From assembly GCA_043228905.1 (NCBI GenBank), contig JBHGNT010000020.1, positions 6,014,001 to 6,078,000 of the forward strand: a stretch of 64,000 nucleotides of DNA, written 5' to 3'. The translations under genes and the position numbers were made by a program. The stretch is from Azolla caroliniana. Its lineage: Eukaryota > Plantae > Polypodiophyta. The notes below the pieces were generated by a model. It made no database searches and was not told the origin of the DNA. It saw nothing but the letters and a program-made list of their open reading frames with translations. Below, piece by piece: positions 36,499-48,084 of this stretch; positions within the stretch are counted from its first letter, which is position 1; every line of letters begins with the position of its first letter.

Positions 36499-39400
36499 TG
36501 TTGGAAGCGAGGTCGTCAATGCGGAAGATCAAGGAGCATTCAGTTCTGTTCTGAGTACCTGCGTATGACAGAAGGTAGGTCGTTGCACAGAGAGAGAGAG
36601 AGAGAGAGGCACAAAAGACTTTCTTATTGCATAAACAAAGAATACAACAACCAACCTCACAAAGAGGTTACAAGGTCACTATATATAGTGACCGACTTAG
36701 GGCAACTACCCTTTATGATAATTACATAAATGGCCAAAACGGAATAGTGTGAATACGTCCATTATACACATGTATTCGACACTCCCCCGTAATGGGCGTA
36801 TACATGGGTTATCTAAGATTACAGGTATAGACTTAGGTTCTCGGACATATCAGCTTTGTTCGAGTCGGCAGGGTCCGAAGGCAGAAGACCGAACTGGTCG
36901 GGTCGGAACAGTTGAAGCCGATCATTATGGAACTGACGTCGGTTGTCGGGAACCATCCTGCTCTGTGTCCGGCTCTAACCGGACTGGTTTGTCGTTACGC
37001 CCATCTGATGCCGAAGAGACCGAAAGCGGTCTGCCGAAAGACACTTGGTCATTCCATCTGCGACATTGTCGGTTGTGGATATTTTCTCTAGACCGATTTT
37101 CCCTGAAATGACGCAGTCCCGAACGAAGTGATATCGAACGTCGATATGCTTGGAGGCGTTGTGGTGAACCGGATTTTTCGACAAGGCAACAGCACCTTGA
37201 CTGTCGCTGTAGACAACTGGAGCCGAGTCATGTTCGACTTGTCGAAACGTGTGCGCCAGCCGACCGAGCCACAAAGCTTCTTTTGCTGCGTCGGACGCAG
37301 CTACATATTCTGCTTCGGTCGTTGAGGTCGCTGTGCACTCCTGAAGTTTCGACTTCCACGAGATTGCTCCATTGCCGAATTTGAAGCAGTATCCGGTTGT
37401 AGATTTCCGACTGTCTATACAGCCGGCGAAGTCCGAGTCGGTGTAACCGACTACGCCTGAGGTTCGGTTCGGACCGAAAAGAATGCCATGGTCTTTTGTG
37501 CCAGCCAGATATCTGAACACATGCTTGACTGCGTTCCAATGCGATCGGCCAGGATTGTGCATAAATCTGCTGACGACTCCTACGGCATGAGAGATATCAG
37601 GCCGTGTCGCGACCATCAGGTACATAAGGGAGCCGACTGCCGGTGCATACGGTACCGACTTCATATCTTCCCCCTCCGGACCGGATGTCGGGCAGTCTCG
37701 CTGAGAGAGCCGAAGATTCATAGGGAGCGGGGTTGAAGCAGATTTGGCTGATTGCATGTTGAAGCGTTCTAAGACACGTCGGATATAGTCGGTCTGAGAC
37801 AGAAAAAGATGTCGTTTATCGCGATGCCGACTAATCTTCATGCCAAGGATGTGTCGTGCCGGACCGAGGTCCTTCATGGCAAACTTCAACCGCAGTTGCC
37901 GAACGAGATCGGCAAGTTCGCCCGCGTGGCGTCCAGAAATTAGCATGTCGTCCACGTAAATGATGAGGAAGATGGGTGATCCATCTTGAGCTGTATTGGT
38001 GAAGAGACAATGGTCCTCATCGCTTTTGGAGAAGCCGATCGATTGGATGAAGTCGTCGAACTTCTTGTACCATTGTCGCGGTGCCTGTTTGAGGCCGTAT
38101 AGACTCTTCCTGAGTCGGCAGACTAGATGTTCTTGGCCGGTTGCCACGAAGCCTTTGGGCTGCTCCATATAAATTTCCTCGTCAAGATCACCATGGAGGA
38201 AGGCTGTTTTGACATCTAGCTGAATCAGCTCCAAGTTGTCGGCTGCCACTACGCCGAGTAGGAAACGAAGGGTTGTCATTTTCACCACTGGTGAAAAAAT
38301 CTCGTCGAAGTCGACGCCATATTCTTGTCGGAAGCCCTTCGCAACTAATCTGGCCTTGTGCTTTGGGGTGGTCGAATCAGACGTCTCTTTTAGTCGATAA
38401 ACCCACTTGCAAGGAAGAGCACGTCGATTCTTAGGTAGTTCGACCAGATCCCAAGTCTTGTTTGCCCGAATGGAGTGCATTTCCGACTCCATCGCCAGAT
38501 GCCAGGTGGCTGAATCGACAGATGTCGATGCTTCTTCGTAAGACGTCGGTTCGCCGGCGTCGGTGAAGAAAATTCCAGGAGAATACCTCTCCGGAGGTTG
38601 CGACAGTCTCTCGGATCGGCGAGGTATGATTGGACTGGTCGCATCGGGTATCGAGGTCGGATGGTCCGAAACCGAATCATTCGGCTGTGCCGAGTCAGAG
38701 TTGTCTGAGTCGGTAGTGTAAGGTTCAGCTACCCGTGAAGCTGACCGTGTGTTGAGAGCGGGGCCTTCTTGAAGGGTCGTCGGCACATCGGAAAATGTTA
38801 CCCTTCGGACTTCGATCGGTTTTTCGATTGATGGATTCATAGCCGACTCGTTGAACACAACGTCCGAACTTCGAACGATTTGTCTGCGTTCGGGGTCCCA
38901 GAGTCAGTATCCCATTTCGCCGTCGGATCCATATCCAAGGAAAATGCATTTCCTGGACCGAGGTGCAAGTTTTCGGCGATCATCTTTCGGAATAAGGGCG
39001 TACGCCTCGCATCCGAAGATCCTCAGCTTGTCGTAATTCGGCTTACTGCCGATCCATAGTTCCTGAGGAATTTGAAGTCCTAGAGGTCTACTTGGCGACA
39101 TATTGATTATGTGTACTGCCGTGAGTAGAGCCTCTGCCCAGAAGCCATCCGACAGTCCGGAGTGTTGGAGCATGGAAACTATCCGTTCTTGGATTGTCCG
39201 ATTCATTCGTTCTGCAATCCCGTTTTGCTCCGGACTGTGTGGTGCCGTAAATTCACGTCGGATGCCGCGTTGTCGGCAGAATTTGACGAATTCTTCTGAT
39301 TTGAACTCTCCCCCATTGTCGGTCCGAAGGCATTTCAGCTTTCGGTCGGTTTGATTTTCTACCATAGCGAGCCAATCGGTGAAGATCGAGAAGACCCGAT

Positions 39401-41947
39401 CTTTGGTGCGAATTGGATAAGCCCACACCTTTCGAGTCGAATCGTCAATAAAAGTGACGAAGTAAGAGGCACCGCCGAGAGACTGATGCGGCATTGGGCC
39501 ACAGACATCCGAGTGGACCAAATCGAGAGGTCTCGTTTCTCTTGGTGCTGATGTCGGGTGTGATGCGGCGGCTTGTTTGCCATACTGGCAATGCTCGCAG
39601 AATTGATGGTCCGAGAAGGAGAGTTTGGGGATGTATCCGGCTCTAGATAGGTGCGTGATGCCGGCCTTGCTGAGGTGTCCTAATCTTCGGTGCCATAGTG
39701 ATGACACAGGAATATCCACCAGAAACAGGTTACCCTCTCTGAGCGTAACATGTAACGGATACAGGGAGTGTATCTTGGGTCCTCTAGCAAGCAGGAGGTT
39801 CCCCCTGTGGAGTGTCCACCCTCCCGAAGAAAAACCGGCACGAATGCCGTCTTCATCTAGTTGTCCGACTGAGATCAATGGCCTTGAGAGCTCGGGTACA
39901 TGTCGGACATTGTGGAGTACAAGTGTAGAGCCACCTGCAAGGTTGAGCTCTACTGTGCCGATTCCGATGATGTCGCAGTGTTGCGAGTTGCCGACCCGAA
40001 CTGAGTCGGAGTGACGGATCGTATATTGCCGAAATTGGGATCGATGAGGAGTCACGTGAAATGACGCGCCCGAATCTAAGAGCCATGTGCTCGATTCTTC
40101 AGTCGTGAGCAGAACTTCTGATCCGACTGGATTTTCGATTGATAGTATATTCGGGTCGTCCGGTAGTACATCAGCTGAGAAGCTGACGTAATTGATCTCC
40201 TCATGCCGGCCACTCTTCTTGTTGTTCTTGTTCTTGAGTGCGCGGCAGTCGGCTTTGATGTGTCCGGGTTTCTTGCAATAGTTGCAGATTCGATTATCCC
40301 GTGACTGGCTCCGTCTTCGCTGATTGTTCGGCGGTCGTGAGGAATCTCTTCCTCGTATGTTCGATCGGTCTGTCGAACCTTGTACTACGTAAGCGTCATC
40401 TGTTGAGTCTTTGGCGAAAGACTTTCTCCGAGCTGCTTCGGTCAGGATTGCGCTCGTGACTTCGGAGTATTTAACAGCCGTGGTTGACGCGTTGCACACG
40501 GTTGTAACGAAAGTTTCCCATGATGAGGGAAGGCTGCTCATGAGTATCATTGCTCTGAGTTCATCCTCGATTGCCGTCCCCTGTGACGAGATTTGGGAGC
40601 TTATGCTTTCGTACTCATTGAGGTGTGCTTGAACCGAATCGGATTCTTTCATCCGCAAGTTGTAGAGGCGCCGGATCAGAAACATCTTCGTTGCGGCGAC
40701 CTTCTTTTCGTAAGTGTCCGACAGTGTTTTCCACAGTTCGAATGCTGTCGTACACGATTGCACCGTAAAGTATACCGATTCCGATAGGTGCATCCGAATC
40801 GTGGCGCGGACAATTCTGTCCAGCTTCTGCCACTCAATTGGTTTGTATCCTTCTGGAGGTTCTTCATTTTCGATGGGATCGATTTGCCCCTTGACTATGA
40901 GATAGTCCTGCATTTGCTCCTTCCAGAAGTTGAAGTTCGATCCATCGAACTTTCGTAGACTCATTTCTGACGAGCCTGATGTTGATGCCATCAAATTCGG
41001 TTTCGGTTGACGAAGCTCGGTTCGGAGTTGACTGTGAACCTTGTTGGAGTGCAGCCGGTTGGCTCACCCGATATCGTTCTAGTCGGATTTGAACCCGAGT
41101 CGGTTCGGCTTCGGAACTTGCTCGAATTGACTCCGGTAACTTGAGGGACAGAACCGACTGGTCTTCCCGAGTGTTGCCGAGTCGGAGTGAGCCCGGTTCG
41201 CTTCGGATATATGTGCCGAATACCGATTATTGAAACCGATTATCTGGACCGATTCTGCTTCGGGTGGCTGCAGCGACGAGAGAGACAGATCCAACTGATT
41301 CTCTCGAATGTCGATCAGCCGGATGAAGCACGAATTGGGTTTGTTGTCTTGAGACCGATCTGCACCGAGTGGTTACAACGAGCAGCGTTTGGTGACCTCT
41401 TCGGATGCCGTTTAACCGAATGGAGCACGATCGTGTCAATGATGCACAAGGGGATTTCACCTCGAGCGGTTACGATCACAAGGAACAGAGTACAACCTGA
41501 GGGCTTACTCCAAGCAAGAGGATCTAACTCGATGAGGTGCAAACCTCGTTTTTGTTCTTCTTCTCTCTTTCTTCGAATGACGCGAATACTGTGCAGGCCG
41601 AGATGAAGTGAAGAACCGAATGCTGTGCAGGCGGTGATGACGGCCGAACCTTGCTCTGATACCAGATGTTGGAAGCGAGGTCGTCAATGCGGAAGATCAA
41701 GGAGCATTCTGTTCTGTTCTGAGTACCTGCGTATGACAGAAGGTAGGTCGTTGCACAGAGAGAGAGAGAGAGAGGCACAAAAGACTTTCTTATTGCATAA
41801 ACAAAGAATACAACAACCAACCTCACAAAGAGGTTACAAGGTCACTATATATAGTGACCGACTTAGGGCAACTACCCTTTATGATAATTACATAAATGGC
41901 CAAAACGGAATAGTGTGAATACGTCCATTATACACATGTATTCGACA
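36499..41947 (-). mobile_element. Young full-length Ty1/Copia; LTRs 36499-36781 and 41667-41947; TSD ATGTG
   Basis: LTRs differ by 1 substitution and 1 AG unit; PBS TGGTATCAGAGC (41653-41664); PPT GGGGGAG; TSD ATGTG at 36493-36497 and 41948-41952. Confidence 0.97.
36975..40991 (-). pseudogene. Copia gag-pol polyprotein with a single premature TGA (38904-38906)
   Basis: ORFs 38904-40994 and 36975-38858 are in the same frame; GEMGY*LWDP (CGA>TGA); CNYCKKPGHIKADC, LDSGAS, integrase DDE, YVDD. Confidence 0.95.
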
Positions 41948-44900
41948 ATGTGGTCCAAACTAAAACAGATGTTTGAACCACAAGATGGTACTACTAGAAT
42001 CCATAGTCTTGCTACCCTATTTCACATGTGTGTTTTGCAGGAAGAAGAAGATGTTCTTAGCTTCTTGGATACCTCAGAGACATATCTCGAAGAAGCCACC
42101 CTAGCCAGAAATGAAATCTCAAAAGAAATGAAGATTGGGCTCTTATTGAGTAAACTTCCAGAATGGCAATGACGACAACTTAAAAATTCTACTCCATCAA
42201 TGGCAATGATGGCTATAGTCAACAAACCACAAAAATTGTCATATAACAATTGCTACAAGCCTAGATCTGACAATTACAAATACACTGAAGTCTCTAATTC
42301 GAGAAAGGGAAATGAATCACAGAGAACTTCATCAAAACAACCTGGTGGAGGCTTCAAACTAGTTTGCAGATATTGCAAGTGAGAAGGGCACACTGAGAGG
42401 GTATGTCGATTCAAGAAATTTGCTAAAAATAAGAAACTACCACAAGCCAACAATGTCATTTTAGAGGATAAATCTGATGATAAATCAAAATGATATTCAG
42501 AATCAAGAGGTGATTATGATGACATGCCAGAAGAAGGAAACATTATTCAAGCATACCACATCACTACAGAAGAATTCAAAAAAAATTATGACACATGGTA
42601 CTTGGATATTGGTGCCACACACCATCTCACATATCGAAGAGACTGACTAGAAGATTATCAAGTTCTCTCCAATCAGTTGCAGGTGATTTTTGGTGATTAA
42701 GAAAAGAAATCTCCAATCAATAAAGGTACAATTAAAATCAAACTTTCGAAATATCACCTAATTATTGTTCATAATGTGTATTATGTGCCTGGATTGGCAA
42801 AACATATGTTATCAGTCAGACAAGCGACAATAGATGGACTTACAATTCAGTTTTGCAGAGATAAAGCAATTCTACAATTTCAAGATGGTAACTCATCCAT
42901 TCAGATGGTTTGTCCTAAAGAACAACTTTTGTATCCAGTCCATAATCAATCAGCATATGCATTAGTTGCACCTATTGAAACAAAGAAACAATCAGTGCAC
43001 TCAACAACATATTTATGGCATTGTCATTTTGGTCACTGAATATTTCAGCATTTCAAAAGTGTCAACAACTAAAAAGAATGAAAGGATTGCCAGGCATAGG
43101 CTTCAAAGCTATTTCTATATGTGAAAGCTGCTTGTTCGGAAAGATGTCCCATCAACCATTTGCCAAAAGCAAGACTGTTACAGAATTCCACTTCAACTTG
43201 TTCATACAGACCTGTGTGGGCCATTTCCTGTACCGTCTCTCTCCAGAGCAAGGTATTTCATTTCATTTATTGATAATACTACCAGATTCACAGTAGTTAG
43301 CTTCTTAAAACAGAAAAGTGAGGCATTTGCGGCATTCTATAAATACAAACAACTTGCAAAAAATCAAACATCAAGAACAATTAAAAAGTTGAGAAGCGAT
43401 AATGGTGGAGAATATGTATCCCAAGAATGGGAGAAGTTTTTCAACAAAAATGGAATAATTCATCAAAAACCAGTACCCTACACTCCATGGCAGAATGGCA
43501 TTGCTGAAAAAAAGAACAGAACGTTGTTAAATGTTGGTCGTAGTCTGCTCAAAATGGGACAAATGAAACAACGGTTCTAGGAAGATGCAATCTCCACAAC
43601 TTGCTATCTGCAAAATAGGACTCCTCATACTGCATTACAAGGTTAAATTCCATTTACATTATGGTATGGTGAAATACTTGATGTTTCCCATCTCAAAAAA
43701 TTTGGTGCAGTAGCCTATGTATATGTAAATCCACATCACAGATCAAAGCTGGATGATAGATGCTTCAGAGGATGGTTCATTGGGTATGGGGAGCAAAATG
43801 GTCTCAAAGCATACAAAATATTCAACCCACAAACAGGTAAAACAGTTTACAATAGGTCAGTAAAATTTGATGAGTTGTCCCTTGTAGAGAGAAATGGAGA
43901 TATTATAACTAGTGAAGATGAAGATCCTGGATGTCCACCACACTTGGTGGAAACTGATCACAACAGTATTTACCCGAATGAGTTGTAACAGTATTTACCC
44001 GAATGAGTTGTATCGCATTACATCTCCTAATGATGCAGCAAAAGATTCTTCATCACAGATGCACACAAATCCCAGCATCAAGGGACAACCATCGAGAACT
44101 GAAGCTCTTGTGTTTCATGTCACAACAACCCTGCTGCATCCTCTCAACCTGATGTGCTAAATATAATAACCTCATCATCTCCGTTAACCGCGGAGAAATG
44201 GTCTCACAGGTACCACAGAATAGATGAGATTAGGAATCCTCTTATCAATCTCGACCGCTACTTTCTATAGTCATCACAATGTCACCACTACCTAGGTGCT
44301 CGAAGGAAAATCCACACAGAAATGATAGAATGACAAAATCAGCAAGTAGAGCAAAAAAGGGGAAAACTAAACCTATCCAAGAACTTTACGAAACTACAGC
44401 TACCATCGACGAGTATTTTGAATCTGTCATCGACTCTAACATTTCAGCCTTTGTCATGTATGTCAAAGATGCAAGCATCGATTTTACTCCCATTTTAACT
44501 CTGAAACAGGTTCTCCGAAGCAATGAAAAGGAAAGATGGCTACAAGCGGTACAAATCGAGGCAGATGCACTATACAAAAACAAGACATGGAGCTTGGTTC
44601 CAAAACCATCAAAATCAAATATTATTAGTTGTAAGTGGTTATTTACAAAAAAAATTGATGCTCAAGGCAATTCTATTCGCTTCAAAGCTCGATTGGTAGC
44701 TAGAGGATTTACTCAGATTATGGGGGTTGACTATCATGAGACTTTCTCTCCCACACTTAGACTCACTTCTCTCCGTCTCATATTTGCCATTACTGCATAT
44801 TTAAATTTAGAACTCCATCATGTTGACATTGAGACAGCTTTCCTACATGGAGATTTGAAGGAGGATATCTACATGGAGCAACCCCCAATACTTCAAGCTA

Positions 44901-45545
44901 GTGCACATCCCGACTATGTATGCAATCACCACGTCAATGGTATGCCAAACTCCATACCTTTCTCCTTCACAAGGTTTTTATGCAACTACAATCAGAACTA
45001 GCATTGTACATCCGCAAGCAGGATTCCAATTTCCTCTTATTCGGAGTTTCTGCAGATGACTTACCAATTGCTGGTACCTCCCAGCATGACATTCTTCAAT
45101 TTCTCAATGAGTTACAAACTTCCTTTCCCACCAAGCACCTTGGAGAACTTGAATACTTTCTTGATCTAGAAGTCAAGCGCAATCACTGTATAGGAATACT
45201 CTCCATCTCCCAAAATAAATTAGTTGATGGTATTCTTCAAAAGTTTGATATGATGGATTGCTCCTCCATTGCTACTCCACTCACTATTCTTGCCATCTAT
45301 CTAGCTTTGACTCCCCCTCTACTCCTGAAGTAGTTGTGTTTATGAAAAATATACCATATCGCCAAATTCTTGGTAGTTTGCGGTAATTAGTGAGCTGCAC
45401 CCGCCCTGACCTATCATTCTCCACAGGTTTTCTATCACGTTTTATGGAGCATCCAAGCCCCCGTCATTGGGAAGCCTTGAAACGTGTCCTCTGATACTTA
45501 AAATACACACGTGATATGACCCTCTCTTACAAAGCCTTGCCCGCC
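41948..45545 (+). mobile_element. Old AT-rich Ty1/Copia (gag to RT), heavily decayed; its N-terminal piece is at 36453-36497
   Basis: TAEM|WSKLK joined across the TSD; CRYCK, WYLDIGATHH, RSDNGGEY, PYTPWQNGIAEKKN, RFKARLVARGF, DIETAFLHG. Confidence 0.9.
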
Positions 45546-45604
45546 TTCTCTAGGCTAAGCTCTTTTGCATAAAATAACTAATACAAGAAATATTGTAACT
45601 AATA

Positions 45605-46692
45605 CTTGTTGAACTTGGTGACCATTTCTTCTAGGCTAAGCTCTTTTGCCACAACTCGTTAAAAAACTGACACAAGAAGTTGCTCATCCTTAATTCCTTC
45701 CACCGCTCTCCAATAAGACAACTTCATGTCGTCCGTTGCTTCCTCTATTGTCAGTTCAATCTTCTTGGCAACATTCTACTTCAATTCTAGATGAGGGTTA
45801 ACTTTCAATTTCTTTTGTCTTTGACCTTTGACCTATTTGTTCTCCCATGTTGTGAAAATCCAGTCTTGTAACTCCCACACTTCTCCATTTGTAAAGGCCA
45901 GCTGGAACCATGACTCGTACTTTCTAATGCCCTTAGACATCGCTTGATCATTCACCACAATTCCGACCTCATGAAGACATTGACGTCTAAGAGCAAGATA
46001 TAAATTTGCTCCATGATATGACGTCTAAGTATTCCTAGTGGAAAAACCTATTTGTTCAATTGAGGACATCTTCTAGCAATAATCGTTGTCATTGTTATGG
46101 TCCCATGCTAACAACCTTGCCTCTTCATTTGTTAGTCCCACATAAATTTTACATTCTGCGTATTTGAAGAAATATGTGATGGGATGTTCTTTGACCAACT
46201 GCCTCCTTGCCTCTGCCGAGTGTGAACCCCCAATTACGTAATAGTTATATTGGACCTCATGTTTTCTAACATCGAAGTCCCCTAAAGACGAACACTCATC
46301 TGGATCGACCATTACGATGAATGGAACAACTGTAGCATGGGGATTAATCTTCATTTTCTTTTTTAAGTTTTGGACATGTAATTTGTGAGGCTCTCTTATC
46401 TCTAGTGTCCGACGTCGAGTCTTTTCAACAACAGGTGGGCGATGAATTTGAGTGATAGGAAGGTTCAAGACTTGTCCTTTCCTCACAAGCTTTCTTTGAT
46501 TGATCTCTCTTCTAATTTTGTTTTTCTTGGTTGAAAGGACACCAGACGACAACTCTGCCCTGGTGTTGTTCGATCATCTTCATCATCTATTGAACTTGAG
46601 GACTTTGATTCAAACATTTTGGTCACTTTCTTCTTAGCAGGCCTCGAGTGTGTGGCGGGTCTTCTAGTTGCTACTTTTACAGGAGAGAGGGA
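45605..46692 (-). pseudogene. Second, diverged copy of the ParB/Srx-like gene (N-terminal half; MTase part missing)
   Basis: ORF 46073-46552 LPITQIHRPP..LEIREPHKLHVQNLKKKMKINPHATVVPFIVMV..YYVIGGSHSAEARRQL..LTNEEARLLAWDHN; continues to KELSLEEMVTKFNK with an intron donor at 45605, matching 12212 in copy 1. Confidence 0.85.
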
Positions 46693-47851
46693 TGTTAGGG
46701 TTATGTTCTAAAGTAAGCATATGATAAGGATAACAAAGATAGATTATAAGAAAGGAGAGAGAGAGAAAGAAGGGTATTGATCCACCCAGCCACCCCCGGG
46801 CGAAGGGATCGAGATGGACTCGAGCCTCGATCGGCGTACCATACCATCGTCGTGGCGTCGGGTCGTACTTGGTGCTCGCGTGCTCGCAACAAGAGTTGAC
46901 CCACCACAAGAACAAAGTCTCGACGTAGTCAAGAGATGATGAAATGAGGGTAGCTACGCCTCATATTTATAGCCAGATCCAAGGCCCCCAGGCAAGTTCA
47001 GACTTGGCCTAATGGGTTGTCTCAATCCTGAGGATTAAAAGTAATTCTCCCCTTCTTTACACTCTCGTTTAACCCTCACACTTTATCCACGTGTATAGAA
47101 TACTATGGTACATTCTCACCACGGGATATTATATGGTCATGCCCGTAACATACTCCCCTTCTTTAAAACATTGCACTCTTGCAATGGAAAGTTAGGGAAG
47201 TTAGTTCTAAGAGTATTTTCATGTTTCCGTGTGGCATCTTTGATAGATTTATCCATCCATTTAATTTTAAATTCTCAGATTATTTTAGAATGCAAATTTT
47301 GTGTTTTAACATCGAGAATTCGTTCTAGTACATGTGGTTTAGACGATAATTCTTAAGTGTAAAGAATTGACGCTATCAAATCTTTCGCCTCTCGGCCACA
47401 ACCGAGACAACACGGATCAATGCAGCAGAAATAAAAACACAAAGACCCAGAGAGACGAGTACACAGGGTATAACGTGGAAAACCTTAAACAGGAAAAACC
47501 ACGGGAGTGCACGACTCCAACTACCACTATACACTGGAATATACAATGGCGAGCTGCAAGGCGACGACCTTGAGCTCGCTGTCCTCGCCACAGGCGGCGG
47601 TATTACACAGAGGCGTCGACCTCTTTGTTTCTCTCTCTCTTTCTCTCTTTCTCTCTTTCTCTCGCGGCTGCTCTCACTTTGCTCCCTCTAAAGTGAAAAC
47701 AGAAAATGAGCAACAACAAAAACTGTTTGCCCTAAGTCATATTTATACATATATGACTTTCGGGCTATTTACAAATATAGCCTCAAGGGCTCTTAGCAAA
47801 CATATTCACAGATATGTCCCTGCATCCGGATCTCTCTCCGGGTACATCCGT

Positions 47852-48002
47852 CATCCGGCTCCGTAGCCGGGGTCTTCATCATCCGGATCCGTATCCGGGT
47901 ACTCTTCATCATCCGGATCCGTATCCGGGTACTCTTCATCATCCGGATCCGCATCCGGGTACTCTTCATCCGGCTTCATGCCGGGTACTCTTCATCATCC
48001 GG
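47852..48002. repeat. ~30-bp tandem repeats (CCGGGTACTCTTCATCATCCGGATCCGTAT) in U3; repeated at ~52682-52832
   Basis: About 5 imperfect copies read directly; the related element has ~49-bp CCGG-rich U3 repeats (28686-28810). Confidence 0.9.
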
Positions 48003-48084
48003 TTCCGTAACCGCAACCGGGCTTGCCGTCATTCATCTCCGGACATCCCATCCGGAGGGACCGTAATCCCAACAAACTCCCCCT

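Noticed and set aside
47852-48002. CRISPR-like 30-bp repeats
   Set aside because: No unique spacers or cas genes; these are tandem U3 repeats in an LTR.
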